DNA from: Azolla caroliniana
Taxonomy: Eukaryota; Plantae; Polypodiophyta
NCBI GenBank assembly: GCA_043228905.1
Contig: JBHGNT010001422.1
Span: forward strand, 1 to 8,714
DNA length: 8,714 nt
Reading direction: 5' to 3'
The notes under the pieces are model-generated. The model was not told the DNA's origin. It made no database searches and worked only from the letters and a program-made list of their open reading frames with translations. The translations under genes and the position numbers were made by a program. Shown one piece after another: positions 7,264 to 8,714 of the stretch. Positions within the stretch are counted from its first letter, which is position 1. Every line of letters starts with the position of its first letter.

Positions 7264-8515
7264 CTACTCCACAGTTATCATAGTCACCTCCTTTGGCACT
7301 GTGACCACCAAAATACCATCTTTCATCTCAGATTTGATCTGCTCTTTCTTCACATTATCAGGCAGAGCTAGTTCTGCGATATAGCTTCCTTCATTATCTG
7401 CAAGAACGCTATCTTCATCAAGATCAGAGCCAACTTGAGGAGGATACTTGCCTTTCACCACAAGTTTTGTATTGTCGAGATAGACTTTCACATGATCTTT
7501 AGTTATCCCTGGCATATCCATCCTGAACTTTAGAGATGTCTCATCCTGAAGAGCTACCCATGGCCTTCTTTCAACAGTTGAGAACACTCTACAATCCACC
7601 GATTGAATATTCTCCTTTTCTTCAGGGCCGACTAATAGAAAATACCCAAATTCCATATATTAGCAATCCTCCAAGACTATACTACTAATGTTTGGAAAGA
7701 GGTTAACAGAATTTTCAGATATAACCACTAGACACTGATGGTTAGGAAACATGGCCGTAAATCAAAGTCGTACTAATGTTTGGAAAGAGGTTAACAGAAT
7801 TTTCAGATATAACCACTAGACACTGATGGATAAGAAACATGGCCGTAAATCAAAGTCGAATTGATTTACAATCACAGTAGATTCACGGTAGATTCAAATA
7901 TGGCCATAGATGGAATTTAAATTCATGCAAGAATTTTCTAATTTAGGACTCACACTGTCCCTTGTCCCTTGATATGTCCTTTGACTAGATTTGGATGAAG
8001 GTCTACTTAACATATTTAGGATTCAATTCAATATCATATTTACATCACCAATTCAGCAGCATTTACCCAATTATCTGCAAATATTTTGAACTTACATTCT
8101 AACATAAAATAAAAATACTGACATACTGGCTTCGTATAACTATTCATTTTGGAACACTCAAAAGACCAAAATGCACAATTATATGATAAAGATTGTCATA
8201 CAAATTTTCGGAGACAAACGCTTCACTTCAAGTAGAAACCATGCCACATAATTCACACAAATCAAAGCACTAAGATTTATTGGTAGAGATTGAAAATTAT
8301 AGTCACTTACCTACAACGACAGATGTCGCTTTCTCTCCCATATCAACAGTATCAACATCATCGTTATCATCATCATCATCATCATCCTCGGCCAGAACAT
8401 CAGTACTTTTATTTTTGTTAGTGACAGCACGAGTGACACTTGCAGACCTTGCCAAACACTTCAAGCCCTCTCTTGTCAGAGGGAGGAATGCTAGTTTTCT
8501 GGTCAGAAGAGCCAT
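7264..8515 (-). CDS. Small heat-shock protein (HSP20/alpha-crystallin domain), organelle-targeted type; complement(join(7264..7631,8311..8515)), about 190 aa
   Basis: Exon 1 runs from ATG 8515 to donor G|GTAAGT at 8311/8310. A 679-nt intron follows, then acceptor TTTTCTATTAG|TC at 7632/7631 (phase 1, in frame), ending at TAG 7264-7266. Exon 2 has organellar sHSP motifs RRPW..LKFRMDMPGITKDHVKV..LVVKG..Y...LALPD..IKSEMKDGILVVTVPK and a C-terminal I-T-V. The N-terminus is basic and L/A/S/T-rich, like a transit peptide. Confidence 0.9.
7683..7858. repeat. Two-copy 88-bp tandem duplication in the sHSP intron
   Basis: TACTAATGTTTGGAAAGAGG...CAAAGTCG begins at 7683 and 7771, with 2 mismatches (GGTTAGGAAAC vs GGATAAGAAAC). 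Confidence 0.95.
8366..8386 (-). repeat. (GAT)7 coding microsatellite encoding seven Asp in sHSP exon 1
   Basis: (ATC)7 on the + strand, in frame with the ORF 8303..8515 segment EDDDDDDDNDD. Confidence 0.95.
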
Positions 8516-8693
8516 AGTAGTTCACAATCTATGTAACTAACAGGTCCTAATCCAATTCTGACATTCAAAACAAAATGACAATTTCAGAGATAACTAATAT
8601 GCGTTTCCTAAACATTTAGCTCTCATATAATATTTGAGCATACACTCCGCAGCCTTTAAATCCAAACTATCAAACATACAACACTGAATTGAC

Positions 8694-8699
8694 TTTATA
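8694..8699 (-). promoter_or_regulatory. Candidate TATA box for the sHSP gene
   Basis: TATAAA on the - strand about 180 nt upstream of the ATG. The region is AT-rich, so a chance match is possible. Confidence 0.3.
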
Positions 8700-8714
8700 T
8701 GAAGAAAAACCACG

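Noticed and set aside
7264-7656. Single-exon sHSP starting at MEFGYFLL (7656)
   Set aside because: Those first codons coincide with a pyrimidine-rich acceptor region. Splicing to the upstream exon with a consensus GTAAGT donor gives a more typical full-length organellar sHSP.
7135-8540. + strand ORFs 7135..7371 and 8280..8540
   Set aside because: They are antisense to the sHSP exons. The poly-Ser in the second is simply the reverse reading of the (GAT)n tract.

Overview
Eukaryotic (land-plant) genomic DNA with two convergent, intron-containing genes. On the + strand, a complete 9-exon gene (ATG 133 to TGA 5874; eight GT-AG introns; spliced CDS 3912 nt, about 1303 aa) encodes a PRD1/MEI1-family meiotic double-strand-break initiation protein, recognised from recalled Arabidopsis PRD1 motifs. 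On the - strand, a 2-exon gene (8515 to 7264; about 190 aa) encodes an organelle-type small heat-shock protein with an unusual poly-Asp linker. The most unusual structure is a 5-copy, 137-bp tandem array (5835-6528) that begins inside the last PRD1 exon. It reiterates the final 12 codons and the stop codon, and each extra copy sits behind a potential in-frame splice acceptor. Other local tandem duplications (71, 199, 88 and 11 bp) lie in introns. No prokaryotic features, CRISPR arrays, RNA genes or transposase ORFs were seen. All homology calls are from memory, not from a database search.
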